Shown here in pieces: positions 14,093 through 28,064 of a stretch of DNA of 64,000 nt. The first letter of the stretch is position 1. Every line of letters begins with the position of its first letter. This DNA is from Octopus vulgaris (Eukaryota): contig OX597837.1 of the NCBI GenBank assembly GCA_951406725.2, positions 5,332,001 through 5,396,000 of the forward strand, given 5' to 3'. The notes beneath the pieces are model-generated. The model was not told the DNA's origin. It ran no database searches and saw only the letters and a list, made by a program, of their open reading frames with translations. The translations under genes were made by a program, and so were the position numbers.

Positions 14093-14846
14093 TATGATAA
14101 GATATTATGAGGAACTTTATAAAAAATTGTTTAAAATTTTGTGTTCTGCAGAAATTATAACTAATTCAATGCAGGCATATTTTAACAACAAAATCTTATA
14201 TGGACCCCCAAGGCTCATATGGAATCTTAAGGATTTTATGAACCTTTTTTGAAAACCATTGCTTTACACTAGGGTGTAAAATAGAAGATAGGAAAAAATG
14301 AGAATTTTCGCCTTATGAAAACTAAGCAATTATTTCAACGCAAAGTTTGAAAAACATGGCGAACTCAGTGAGAAAAAAGAATGATGTGTCATGATAAATG
14401 ATAGAAAAATATAAAATTAATGGCAAGAAAAACCTTCGAACTCATTCTGATTCAAGAATTGAAAGTTTTAAGTAATCGGTCACTAATTCAGGCTTTGAAC
14501 AGCCTCAGGCTTTTGGTCGGAGGGAGAATAATTCTACTGTATAATAGAAAGTTGCTGGAATCGTCCTTTACCAAACGAAAACATCATTATCCTTAATGAA
14601 GATTCTCAATGAAAACACACATAACCATACGGACAGACACACAGACACACACATATACACTCGAATAGATAAACACAAACAGATGCACATAACTGAGTTG
14701 GTAACTAGTTTTTAAAATTATACCTAAAGCTTAAAATTCTATGGAGTTGACTGTAATCAACCTTAAGTGAAATGCAAATTAATAGTTAGATTCTTGGATA
14801 AGGAGAGGGATATACACTCGCACACATACACACACATACACACACA

Positions 14847-14948
<102 letters not shown>

Positions 14949-15333
14949 TATACATACATATATATCTATAGATATAGATATATATGTGTTTGTGCGTGTG
15001 TGCTTGTGTGTCGACATATATACATATACATACATGCACATACATATATACATACTACCATATTCATACACTCATATAAAAACTTACGCACGTACAGACA
15101 CACACACACACCCACCCACACACACCCACACGCACGCATGTATGTATATAGAGATGTATCAGGTAACTAGTTTTTAAAATCATACTTAAAGCTTACAGTC
15201 TTACTGACCGAAACGACTGTAATTAGCGTTAAGTGAAATGTAAATTAATAGATAGTTACAAAGATAAAGAAATAGAAAGAGAGAGAGAGAGAGAGAGAGA
15301 GGGGTAGTTACAAATATATATATAGATATATAT

Positions 15334-15364
<31 letters not shown>

Positions 15365-16323
15365 TAGATAGATAGAAAGAAAGATATAGATAGATAGATA
15401 GGTAGATAGATAGATAAATAGATAGATAGATAGACAGATAGATAGACAGATAGATGTATAGATAGATAAATAGATTGATAGATAGATAGACAGATATATA
15501 TATATATATAAATATAAATATATATATATATAGATAGATAGATAGATAGATAGAAAGATATAGATAGACAGATAAATAGATAGATACATAGACAGGCAGG
15601 AAAATACAGAGATGTATATATATATATATATATCCGCGTTCGTGTATGCGTGTATAATGGTAGACAGATAGGCAGATAGATGTATATACATGTTTCGACA
15701 GGTATGTATGTACACATACACACGCACACACATGCACACACAAAGACATATGCACATACATGCACACACACGCATATATATACAACCACCTATAACTATA
15801 TACATATATGTGTGTGTGAAAATATGCACATATATATATGTATGCCAGCAGATAGAGAGATAAATAGATAGATAGATAGATTGATAGATAGATAGATGCA
15901 TACATAGATAGATAAAGTGATTTATATACCGTCTGGAAGATATATACGTAAATTAATCGTGAATTGATAAATATACCGATTAATTAACTGATAAGCAGGA
16001 ACAGATAGAGGTGTAGGTTAGAAACAGACACACAGATATATCTACAAACACACAAATACCCGAACATACACACACCTACACAGCCAGACGAATACAATCA
16101 CAGGTACACACACAAACACTCATACATTGTATACACACAAATACGGACCCCCACACTCGCACATTTGTATATCTAGATAGGAAGAAAGAGAGAGAGAGAG
16201 AGGGGGGGGGAGAGATGAGTGAGAAGGAGCGAGAGGAGAGAGAGGGAGAGAGAGGCGAGAGAGCGGTAGATAGAAAGAGAGAAGGAGCGAGAAGTGAGAT
16301 CGGGAGAGAGATGAAAGTGAGGT

Positions 16324-16369
<46 letters not shown>

Positions 16370-16439
16370 GTGAGAGAAACAGTCTGTGAGATACTGATAG
16401 ACAGAAAGAGGGAGAGAGAGAGAGAGAGAGATACATACA

Positions 16440-16492
<53 letters not shown>

Positions 16493-16754
16493 CAACACAC
16501 ATGTATATCTATGTACATATATATATACATATAGAAAGACACACACAATAATGTATATATAAATATATATATGTTTGTGTGTGAGTGAGTGTGTGTTTGT
16601 GTGTGTGTATACATTCATTAATGTACATACATATATGTTTATATATAAACAGAGATGGAAAGATATTGAGGCAGATAGAGTGAGACGCATGGAGAGAGAA
16701 AGCGAAAGTGAAAGAGACATACACACACACAAAGAGAAAGAGAGAAGCACACAG

Positions 16755-16794
<40 letters not shown>

Positions 16795-17198
16795 GGAGAC
16801 CGTCTTTAATACTAATTACTGAAAATTTACTTCGAGAGGATTTTGACTTTAGCAATAAACCTTAAGTGCACTTAGTAAATATCCGATTGGCACGAATTTC
16901 TGTCGGCGTTTATGCAATTGATCTTGAGGTCAGAAGATAGCAGGACGAGTGGCTTTCATTGAGAACGGTTTCTCCTGCTTCAATGTTCCTTCAATTTTAG
17001 TTTGAAGAATTTGCATTTATTTAATATTGTAACTCTTTTAATCACTGCCAAATAGACAACGACCAAGCTGATTAGTGCGGAGATTATCTCTTGAGTTTAC
17101 GGCCTAATTGGCTGCCAATAAATTCCTACTCGTCTGATTAGTTTCGACTGTTTCTCTTCCCCATCTCCATTTTCCGCCTTTTCCTCTCTGTCTCTGTC

Positions 17199-17266
<68 letters not shown>

Positions 17267-17267
17267 C

Positions 17268-17356
<89 letters not shown>

Positions 17357-17589
17357 CACGTGTCTGTCTGATTGTCTGCCTGTCTACCTATCTATCTATC
17401 TGTCGCTCCCTCATTACTTTGCCGCTTTGTATCTGTCTTGATTCTGTCTGTGTCATTGTCTGTCTGTTTGTTGCCTTGAATGTCATACTCGCTCACTTAC
17501 GCATGAACAACACATACGCACATATTCATTCATTCATTCATTCACTCAAATTTCTCATTCAGGTACTCACTACTTCAGCCTGTCTACGA

Positions 17590-18075
17590 GTATGTATGCA
17601 TGTACGTATGTATGTGTGTATGTATGTATGTATGTATGTATGTATGTATGTATGTATGTATGTATGTATGTATGTATGTATGTATGTATGTATGTATGTA
17701 TGTATGTATGTACGTATGTATGTATGTATGTATGTATGTATGTATGTACGTACGTACGTATGTATGTATGTATGTATGTATGTATGTGTGTGTATGTATG
17801 TATGTATGTACGTACGTATGTATGTATGTATGCATGTATGTATGTATGTATGTATGTATGTATGTATGTATGTATGTATGTATGTATGTATGCATGTATG
17901 TATGTATGTATGCATGTATGTATGTATGTATGTATGTATGTATGTACGTACGTACGTACGTATGTATGTATGTATGTATGTATGTGTGTGTGTATGTATG
18001 TATGTATGTACGTACGTATGTATGTATGTATGTATGTATGTATGAATGTATGTATGTATGTATGTATGTATGTAT
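17590..18075. repeat. (TATG)n microsatellite, ~480 bp
   Basis: Seen directly; abuts the 5' junction of the RTE fragment. Confidence 0.95.
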
Positions 18076-18724
18076 CCCCAAACAACTCTTTTATGGAGAG
18101 TTAGCCAAAGGAGAACGACCTCCACATAAACCAAAACAGAGGTATAAGGACTTGCTGAAGGCTTCCTTAAGAGATGCTTGCATCTCTCCTGACACATAGG
18201 AAGGCATAGCTATTGATCGTAGCAGGTGGAGAAGGATTGTGCATGAGGGGACAGCCACGTTTGAGAAATCTCGAGTTGCACATGAGAAAATAAGGAGAGA
18301 TGTCAGGAAGGGCATCGCATTTACACTTCCAGAAGGGAAGGGTCTTCCTTTGATTCTGACATGCAATGTCTGTGCAAGATCCCGCCTCAGTAAAGCTGGA
18401 CTCTTGAGACATCTTCGTAGTCATAAAACGAGACAGATGAGTGACAACCTGGCCACTGGTGGTGGTGTAACACACCATACTAATCATATCTGTCGGGCAT
18501 GTGGAAGAGAGTGTAATTCGGCAGGAGGACTTAAACGACATGCAAAGGTACATGAAGCCCAGTTACAACTACAGCCGGCTATTACCGGTAAAGGTTTCAG
18601 TTGCCGATTTTGTACAAGACATCGTAGATCTTTGGCTGGGATAAAAAGTCACATTCGATCACAGCACCAGTAACAGTTAAGCTTCGTGCAATGGCCATAC
18701 TCGATAACGAGAGGGCAGCCACAA
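18073..18724 (+). mobile_element. 5'-truncated RTE-clade LINE: ORF2 C-terminus with three C2H2 zinc fingers plus short 3' UTR
   Basis: One frame from 18073 to 18673 with a single stop (TAG 18197-18199, probably from TGG): PKQLFYGEL.KG.RP..KPKQRYKD.LK...*E..A.DRSRWR, an RTE ORF2 tail signature. Then CNVC-x12-HLRSH, CRAC-x12-HAKVH and CRFC-x12-HIRSQH. 3' UTR stem-loop GCC.ATA.CTCG-ATAA-CGAG.AG.GGC, then (TGTA)n. Confidence 0.85.
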
Positions 18725-18802
18725 TGTATGTATGTGTGTATGTATGTATGTATGTATGTATGTATGTATGTATGTATGTATGTATGTATATATGTATATA
18801 AT

Positions 18803-18837
<35 letters not shown>

Positions 18838-18975
18838 CATATATATATGCATATATATAGTTATATATTTATATGTATGTATCTATCTATTAATATATAT
18901 ATATATATATAGGTATATATACACATATATACATATACATGTATATATATACATAAGTATATATACACACATAAG

Positions 18976-19008
<33 letters not shown>

Positions 19009-19041
19009 GTGTGTGTATGTGTGTTTGTATATAGATGTATA

Positions 19042-19142
<101 letters not shown>

Positions 19143-19485
19143 GTATGTAGACACATATTAGGAAGTTAGATAAATTTGTTTCTTAGCTTTTTTTTTTTTT
19201 ATCAAAGTCCTTTTCAATGGTATTTCAATCAAATAGAAAAATATTTTTGCCGTAGTGTTTTACGTTTAATTTTTGAAGCTTTATTCTTCTCCCTTTACTT
19301 TTGCGCATCGCTTTTGAAATTTGAATAAATTTTACCTATTTTGAGACGGATGGTGACGGAGAACAAAGTAGAAAAACGAACAAAGTTATGGTAACAAAAT
19401 ACACATACACACACATGCTCCAACAGGTATATATTTATATATGTGTATATAGATGTATATATAAATCTATCTATCTATCTATCTC

Positions 19486-19562
<77 letters not shown>

Positions 19563-19669
19563 ATGAATATGTATATAAATATGGTACGTATGCACACACG
19601 GTGGTGTACATGGGTGTACATGTGTACTGCTCGTATATTTTGCTCTAACATTCATTTAACGGCACAGTA

Positions 19670-19701
<32 letters not shown>

Positions 19702-19840
19702 GACTATGTATCTATCTATCTATATATATATATATATGTACACACACAGATATGTAAGCACATGCGCAGATGTGTATATACGTATAGACATATATATATA
19801 TACATATATTATATACATACACATATACATGCATCCATAT

Positions 19841-19889
<49 letters not shown>

Positions 19890-20240
19890 TGTATATATAC
19901 GTACGAATATATATACATATACGAATGATGTCTCACTAGCTTGAAAGATAAAAGTAGCCTTACAAATTATACATCAATCTGTGATATATTTATACAGAGG
20001 AAACGGCTGAATAAATTGGATCTTTTTAAAGTACGGTGAGGAGTGTTTGGTCTAAAAAAAGGGTTAAATGGCTGTGCTAAAAGCGATTTTAAATGTTGCT
20101 GGCACGAAAAACGAACCAAAGAAAAAAAATTCCCAGAAAAAGAGAAACAAGAAGAGAAGAGAAAGAACAGTAATGAAATATAAAAAATGGAATAAAAACA
20201 AAAGTAATACTTCACTCGAAGCGAAATAGTACTAAATATC

Positions 20241-20280
20241 TCTTTATCTTACTAAACAAAGAAATTGAATTTTATATATG

Positions 20281-20336
<56 letters not shown>

Positions 20337-20373
20337 CATATATAAAATTCAATTTCTTTGTTTAGTAAGATAA

Positions 20374-20376
<3 letters not shown>
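20241..20376. repeat. Perfect 43-bp inverted repeat around a (TA)n core
   Basis: TCTTTATCTTACTAAACAAAGAAATTGAATTTTATATATGTAT (20241-20283) has its exact reverse complement at 20334-20376. Confidence 0.9.
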
Positions 20377-20421
<45 letters not shown>

Positions 20422-20483
20422 GTATAATAAAAACTTACTTGGAGAATAAGAAAACGACGCGTGGCGTTCAATCATATAATATA

Positions 20484-20527
<44 letters not shown>

Positions 20528-20804
20528 TAAATACGTATATATACATATATAAGTATATGCATATATAAATAAATGTATATGTACATGCATATATATATAT
20601 GCATATATTATATATATATATATATACATCTTTATAAATGCATATACATATGCATACATATACATATATAGGCATATAAATATTTTAATTATACACATAT
20701 ATGTGTGTGTGCGTGTGTAAGTATACATACGTTTATGCATAAATACATCAATACATGTACACACATTGCTAGGTAGATAAATAGACAAGAGTTATACATA
20801 TACG

Positions 20805-20887
<83 letters not shown>

Positions 20888-21001
20888 TGTGTGTGTGTTT
20901 ATATATATACACATATATATATATCATATATATACATATATATGTGTGTGTGTGTGTGAATATATTATTTGATACATGCATAAATCTATCTGTACATATA
21001 C

Positions 21002-21066
<65 letters not shown>

Positions 21067-21448
21067 GTGTGTGTATAAGCGTGTATAAGCGTGAACGGTT
21101 ATTAATGCATTGCTTTCTTGCATGTACATATGCTCTACGTATATCCAAATTTTGAATTCCCTCCACATATATATTTGTACGTACATACGCATATACATGC
21201 ACACCTTTGTGCACATGTAAAGGTTTATACGAATACGATTATATCGATTGACACAAAGATATATAGTCAAGTACATATATAGATAGAATACGCACACATA
21301 GGTATGCATATACATACATAGATATATGCATACATACACACGCATATACATGTACAAATGTATATATATATGCATATCAGTAGTGAGAGAAAGACAGAGA
21401 ACGCGAGACGAGGAGACGTATATATATGTGTATGTATATATATCTATA

Positions 21449-21482
<34 letters not shown>

Positions 21483-21494
21483 CACACACACATT

Positions 21495-21558
<64 letters not shown>

Positions 21559-21634
21559 TATGTGTATAAATATATATATATATGTATATATTTGTGTATG
21601 TATATATGTACATATATATATATATGTATATGTG

Positions 21635-21683
<49 letters not shown>

Positions 21684-21807
21684 GTATATATGTACATATA
21701 TATATGTATATATTTGTGTATATATATATATACATATATGTATATTTATATACATGTATCATGTATGTATATTCTATACATATATATATATATATATGTA
21801 TATAAAT

Positions 21808-21873
<66 letters not shown>

Positions 21874-22290
21874 GTATAGATGTATTTATATATCTATTTA
21901 TACATGGCAGTTGATAGATAGATGTTTAAGCATATATAGTGAAATATAAAAAAAAAGACAGAAAGGCAACATGAAAATAAGATAAAAAAAAGCAGTAACA
22001 CACACATACACACACAGCATATACACTTGGCCACAGTTTCGTACGAACCAAAGACAGATTGAGAAAGAAAGACCTGTGGGTTGAGGAGGATGTGGAGGCA
22101 AAAAATAGACATTTCTGGAAAATAGAAAAATGTTTTATAGTTGAATAGAGGAAGAAGATATGATTGGCATCTATTTATAGTTACAGACTCTCAGAGTCAA
22201 GTGTTTTAAAGGTTCCGTTATGAATTTGCGGATAGAGTGCCTACGTGAGTGTTTCTGTAAACGAAAGTCTATGTGTGCGCGGCTGTGTGA

Positions 22291-22361
<71 letters not shown>

Positions 22362-22637
22362 TATTATATATATACATATATATATATATATATACATATA
22401 TATTTTCATATATAAAAATATATATGTATGTATATATACATGCATATATATATATGTGTGTGAGTGTGTGTGTGTGTGAGTCTGAGTGTGTCTGTGTGTT
22501 TATATAATAATTATATACATGTGCATATGTTTAAACATACACATAATGCGTATGGGGGTATATTTATAATATATATATATATAATTGTATATACATACAT
22601 ACACACACATATATATAAATATATGTATTTCTCTCTC

Positions 22638-22671
<34 letters not shown>

Positions 22672-22709
22672 GTATATATATATGTATATAAAAATATATG
22701 CTTATATCC

Positions 22710-22753
<44 letters not shown>

Positions 22754-22919
22754 CTATGTGTGTGTATTCGTGTGTGTGCTCGTGTGTGTAGGTGCGAGTT
22801 CAAATACACACATGTAGATAAATTTTAGGTGGGGCTGTTTCTTTTTCTGAGTGACATTTCAATTCTGGAGATTTCTTGATTCCTCTGATCATCTCCGTTT
22901 GTCATTCGGAGTCACTTGC

Positions 22920-23036
22920 AATTGCCACAGGCATTTGTTTGCCTTTCACTTCAAGTGAAGATTGTGCCTTCAAATAGAAATGAAGTATCTTGTATGTTAT
23001 CTAACTTACATTAGATTTAACATGCCTGTGGCAATT
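22920..23036. other. 15-bp perfect inverted repeat closing a multi-hairpin segment (MITE-like or structured RNA)
   Basis: AATTGCCACAGGCAT (22920-22934) pairs with ATGCCTGTGGCAATT (23022-23036). Internal hairpins: TTCAC/GTGAA, CTTCA/TGAAG, ATCTAA/TTAGAT. Confidence 0.5.
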
Positions 23037-23416
23037 CTGAGTAATTTCCCTTAGTAAATTTTTATTCTGCAAATTACACTTAGCAAGATTGTTAGTCTTT
23101 ATGTAAAAGCCAAAATCTTATCCTTGTTCGAGTTAAAGTAGGACAACTGCTGTGATGATGACGCCCATTGAGACAGAAACATATCTTCTCTGTAATCCTC
23201 CAAAAATCAGTCTTCTAATTTCATGCCACTTCTGAAAAACTTTTTCCCTTTTTAATTCGGAGTCGGTCGCATTTGCAACGATGTATTTGTTTATCTGTCG
23301 TAGTGAAAACATGTTCAATAACTCAAGAATTTATCTTACATGGTATCTATTATAACTTCATTGGTTTCCGTTGTCCTTATTTTCATGCCATAATCCAATG
23401 AAGCCGACAGCCAAAT

Positions 23417-23477
<61 letters not shown>

Positions 23478-23915
23478 TATACACACAGAGAGAAACATAT
23501 ACACACATACACACAAATACACGCACAAATACACACTCACAAACTCACGCAAACATACATACACACACAAACGCTCACACACACATACACACACACACAT
23601 ACACAAACACATATACATACAAACACACACACATACAGATGCAAAAAACACATGCAACCACACACTCACAAACACCCATACAAACACACACACAGAAACA
23701 TATACACGCGCACACACAAATATACACACACAAATACACGTACAAATACATACACAAACACACACATACATAGAAAATACACACAAACACACGTGCAAAC
23801 ATACCCTCCAAAACAACAAGTCTCACAGTTAAGTGAGTCACTTGGCGTGACCGCAGAAGACAAATGTCTAGGACCCAGTGAGGATTTCTTATTCGAGAAA
23901 AAACAATATAAAAAA

Positions 23916-23956
23916 ATGAAAGGATATAATATATATCCTGGAAACAGCGGTAAGAC
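23916..23956 (+). ncRNA. 5'-damaged copy of the hammerhead motif at 27596-27647
   Basis: ATGAA-AGGATAT-AATAT-ATATCCT-GGAAACAGCGGTAAGAC. The 5' strand of helix I and the start of the core are replaced by an A-run. Confidence 0.45.
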
Positions 23957-24054
23957 CTTTTTTCTTCTTTTTTCTGCTTCTTCCAATCAGGATTCACGCC
24001 GTTAGCCACAAAGAATACTCTCTAATTCGAGCCTACTCTAAGCTACTAAGAATG

Positions 24055-24500
24055 CGTGTGGCAACTTGAAGATCCACCCACCACACGCCGGAGCCTCGTG
24101 GAGCTTAGGTGTTTTTGCTCAATAAACACTCACAATACCCGGTCTGGGAATCGAAACCGCGTTCTTACGACCGCGAGTCCGTTGCACTGGGTCATTGCAC
24201 CTCCACTGCTACTGCTGTTGCTGCTGTTGTTGTTGCTGTTGAGCGAACGGTCTTCATCCCAGAGCTCGCATGATGGGAGAAGTCCGAAACGTGGTCCTTT
24301 GCTATTCGAAAGACCCGCAGAAGAGAAAGCAGGTCAATCCCCGACACCGAGAGCATCGACGGATGGATGAATGCGCATCCAGTCTCAGCGCTTGCGTAGG
24401 AAGTCGGGGACAGGAAACAGAAAGAAAGAGTGAGAGAAAGTTGGAGCGAAAGAGTACAACAGGGGTCGCCACCACCCCCTGCTGGAGCCTCGTGGAGCTT
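24055..24500 (-). mobile_element. SINE family C composite (3' body, (CAG)n linker, second tRNA-like head)
   Basis: Aligns by eye over ~400 bp with 47640-48080, including the internal junction. Confidence 0.75.
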
Positions 24501-24714
24501 TCACAACGTCATCCAATGTGGCCTTCTTGTTTAACTTCTGACCAATTCTGAGCCAAACAATTAAAATCTAACCCCACCCCTGTTACCATGCTATTTTTTT
24601 CTTTTATGCGCCCTTTTCAAGCCTAGCCAGGCTCAGGGGCCCAGTTTCTCGGTTTCTATGGCGTATGTGTTCCTTCCAGATGGGCGGTACGCAAGTCCAT
24701 CATAGCGTTACCCA

Positions 24715-24900
24715 TGAAACAGGAGTGAGAGGAAGTTGGAGCGAAAGAGTACAACAGGGGTAGCTACCAACCCCTGCCGGAGCCTCGTGGAGCTTTAGGT
24801 GTTTTCGCTCAATAAACACACACAACGCCCGGTCTGGGAATCGAAACCGCGATCCTCCGACCGCGAGTCCGCTACCCCAACCATTGGGCTATTGCGTCAC
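24715..24900 (-). mobile_element. SINE family C, 5' portion
   Basis: tRNA-like head (GGTTTCGATTCCC B-box on the minus strand) followed by the CTCCACGAGGCTCCGGCAGG segment. Confidence 0.75.
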
Positions 24901-25548
24901 CACTTGCTGCTGCTGTTGTTTCTGTTGCGTTCGTGTTTCTTTTTCCTGCAAAATGTATTATGGAACTCCATCCTGTTTGGATTGAATCTGACTGATAACT
25001 TTGATTTTGTTTTTTCAAAACTAATGGATCTCTTTGTTCTATGTTTTAACATATACAACCGATACAAAGTGAAATAAGGAGTTTATTGCAATTTTATTTT
25101 GGACGGTAAAAGATGTTTTTGAAGACTTTTATTGTTTTAGATCGCTTACATCCAACGAAAAAATATCGATAAAAAGTGGATGTAACACCCTCACAAATAA
25201 AATCCTCCGCAGCCGTACAGAAACAAAAAAATAACAATAGATTATGAAGAGGAATACGTTACAATAAAGTTTGTTATTTAAATGGAAAAATCAATGCATT
25301 TTCTTTCGAGAATAGTTTTGGTGACTCGCTTAACAATGATAACACCCACAATACGCAGTTTTGAACTTATTGTTTAAAGCAAATAAATTTCGACATGGAT
25401 AAAACCCTATCAGAGAAGGAGGTATGGCATCGAGATAACTGTGAACCGTTAAGGAAAGAGTTTGTCTAAGTGTGCTCAAGTATAATGATAGCGTAATACT
25501 GCAGCGACGCGCGAGAAGATGAGGCTTTGTCTATGCCCTCAGTATATA

Positions 25549-25782
25549 TATTTATTTATTGCCCACAAGGGGCTAAACATAGAGGGGACAAACAAGGACA
25601 GACAAAGGGATTAAGTCGATTACATCGACCCCCAGTGCGAAACTGGTACTTTATTTATCGACCCCGAAAGGATGAAAGGCAAAGTCGACCACGGCGGAAT
25701 TTGAACTCAGAACGTAACGACAGACGAAATGCCGCTAAGCAGTTCGCCCGGCGCGCTAACGAGTCTGCCAGTAAGCCGCCTT
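25549..25782 (-). mobile_element. Full-length SINE family B with 19-bp target-site duplication
   Basis: TCTATGCCCTCAGTATATA at 25530-25548 and 25783-25801 flanks a tRNA-headed element (TGGCAGACTCGTTAGC...GAGTTCAAATTCC) that ends in AATAAATAAAT. Confidence 0.9.
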
Positions 25783-26510
25783 TCTATGCCCTCAGTATAT
25801 AACCGAAAGAAGCACACGTCGATGTGTAGAACAATATAAATTTCCTCGACAATGACAAGGCATGGAATAACGTCTGTATAGTATTGAAGACATGGAGCGA
25901 GGCAAAGTGTCAAAGAGAGAGGCGTATCGACCATGTGCTTGTAGCACAATAACTGGTACTCCGTCGCTTACAACGATGAGTGTTCCACTTGATCCGGTCA
26001 GCAGAATAGCTTTCTCGTCTATATATATATAGACACTGATATTTTGTGTTCTATTCTTTTTGTATTACCAAACATACACATACACACTCATATACATACA
26101 TACTTAAATACATACATGCATACATACATACATACATACATACATACATACATACATACATACATACATACGTACGTACATACATACATGCAGGCATTCA
26201 TGGATAGTTCCCTGTGGTTCCCAACAATTAAATTCCAAATATAAGATATTCATAAATAGAAAGATAGGTTGAAGACACGTTTAATGTGCTCTGCTTTAGC
26301 ATTGAACACGGAATCACTGGGTTGCAAAGTAGATTCTTTTTTATTATATAACAACGTTTGATTGCATGCTTGAATGTTTTTTGACAAAATGTTAGTAAAG
26401 GTGACATAGAATGACAGATGGGTTGGCCTTTTTATATTCGTGACACATTCAAATGGTTATGAAAAAACGATAAAGTATAAAAGGATATAACAAACAAACA
26501 ATAAGAAAAT

Positions 26511-26579
<69 letters not shown>

Positions 26580-27355
26580 TTGACTGGAGGATAGGAGAGA
26601 AACGTAGAAAGGGAAGAAGAGAAAAATAGAAAAAGAAAACCGTTGAAGCAGACGATATTAAAATGCTTGCTTCAGAAAGAAATGATTTCGTAATGGGGAA
26701 AGGCTCAACAATTAAATGGTCAAAAAAGCTATAGGGCAAGTGATATAAATGGGTCAGAAAAAGAAATGAATAAAAAAAAATGGAGAAAATATTTTTATCG
26801 TATCTTCTGATCGTCTGTTAACGAGGAAGGTTAAAATTCTCCTTCAATTTCTTCACCAGAATAATTATAGGTTAGTAATAACTATCCTTCAGGTTTTATG
26901 TTTTGCTTGTTTTTGTAGCTGTCAAGTTACTTAATAAAACATAGTATGTGGACGAGACAGCAAAGTAGAATGCTAGTGGTTGTCAATATTGAATAGACAG
27001 GAGCGCTACTGCGTTTGACAAAGATTCGCTGCGGTATTGCGTTTCTTTTTTTATTCTCGTTCTGGCTTTTCTCTTTCCGTTCTGAGATCAAGTCCCACCG
27101 AAGTCGACTTAAACTTTCATTCTTTTTTGAGAACGATGAAATGGTTTCGAATCTTGAGATAATGTCGGAAAATTTATGGAGGAGCGTAAGCTCATTACAT
27201 CGACCCCGTTGCTCAACTAGTACTTATCTTTTAGGTCTTATTTTTTACTCGTTTCAGGCACTTGGAGTATGCGGTCATGCTGGAGTATTGCCTTCAGGTG
27301 TTTTAGTCAAATCGACCTCGGTACTTATTATTTTAAAGCCTGCTACCTGTACAGT

Positions 27356-27416
<61 letters not shown>

Positions 27417-27595
27417 ATGTATATATATGTGTGTGTGTATATATATATATACATATATATACACATATATATATACATATATATACATATATACATCTAT
27501 ACATATATATATATATATATACACACAGACACACACACATATAATAAGATGAAAAATCAAGGCTGAATAGATTTTAGAACATTTATAGATAAAAG

Positions 27596-27647
27596 GTCTT
27601 ACAGCTGTTTCCAGGATATTTATTAATTATATCCCTTCATCGGAGAC
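27596..27647 (-). ncRNA. Minimal type I hammerhead ribozyme fold, U4C core variant
   Basis: Minus strand GTCT-CCGATGA-A-GGGATAT(AATTAATAA)ATATCCT-G-GAAA-CAGCTG-TA-AGAC. Helix I GTCT/AGAC, 7-bp helix II, palindromic loopless helix III, GUA triplet. Confidence 0.6.
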
Positions 27648-27974
27648 AGTATGAGAGGATAGTTAATTAGTAGTTAATTTAGATACGCTACAAAACATAT
27701 ATATGTATATATATATATATAAAATAAGGGCAAAAGAAAAATTCTAATGCCAAATATGCCGAAAAAGACAAAATTGTCAATAACCATTATAATTTATGCG
27801 TCTCTTTTTGCCCTTATTTTATATGTTAGTTATAAATTTGCCCTTATTTTATAAGTTATTTATAAATTTAGCCTTTAAAGGTATTTTTTGATATGCTGGC
27901 CATTGATAAAATTTTTTTCCGAAAAAGATTTTATCCTACATTTAAGAATTTTTTTCGAAAAAGATTTTATCCTA

Positions 27975-28064
<90 letters not shown>

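Noticed and set aside
24265-24300. ATGATG-GGA(GAAG)TCC-GAAACGTG hammerhead-like motif in SINE C (also ~47857)
   Set aside because: C3 and A9 are missing, position 17 is G, and the third copy (~48645) does not keep GAAAC.
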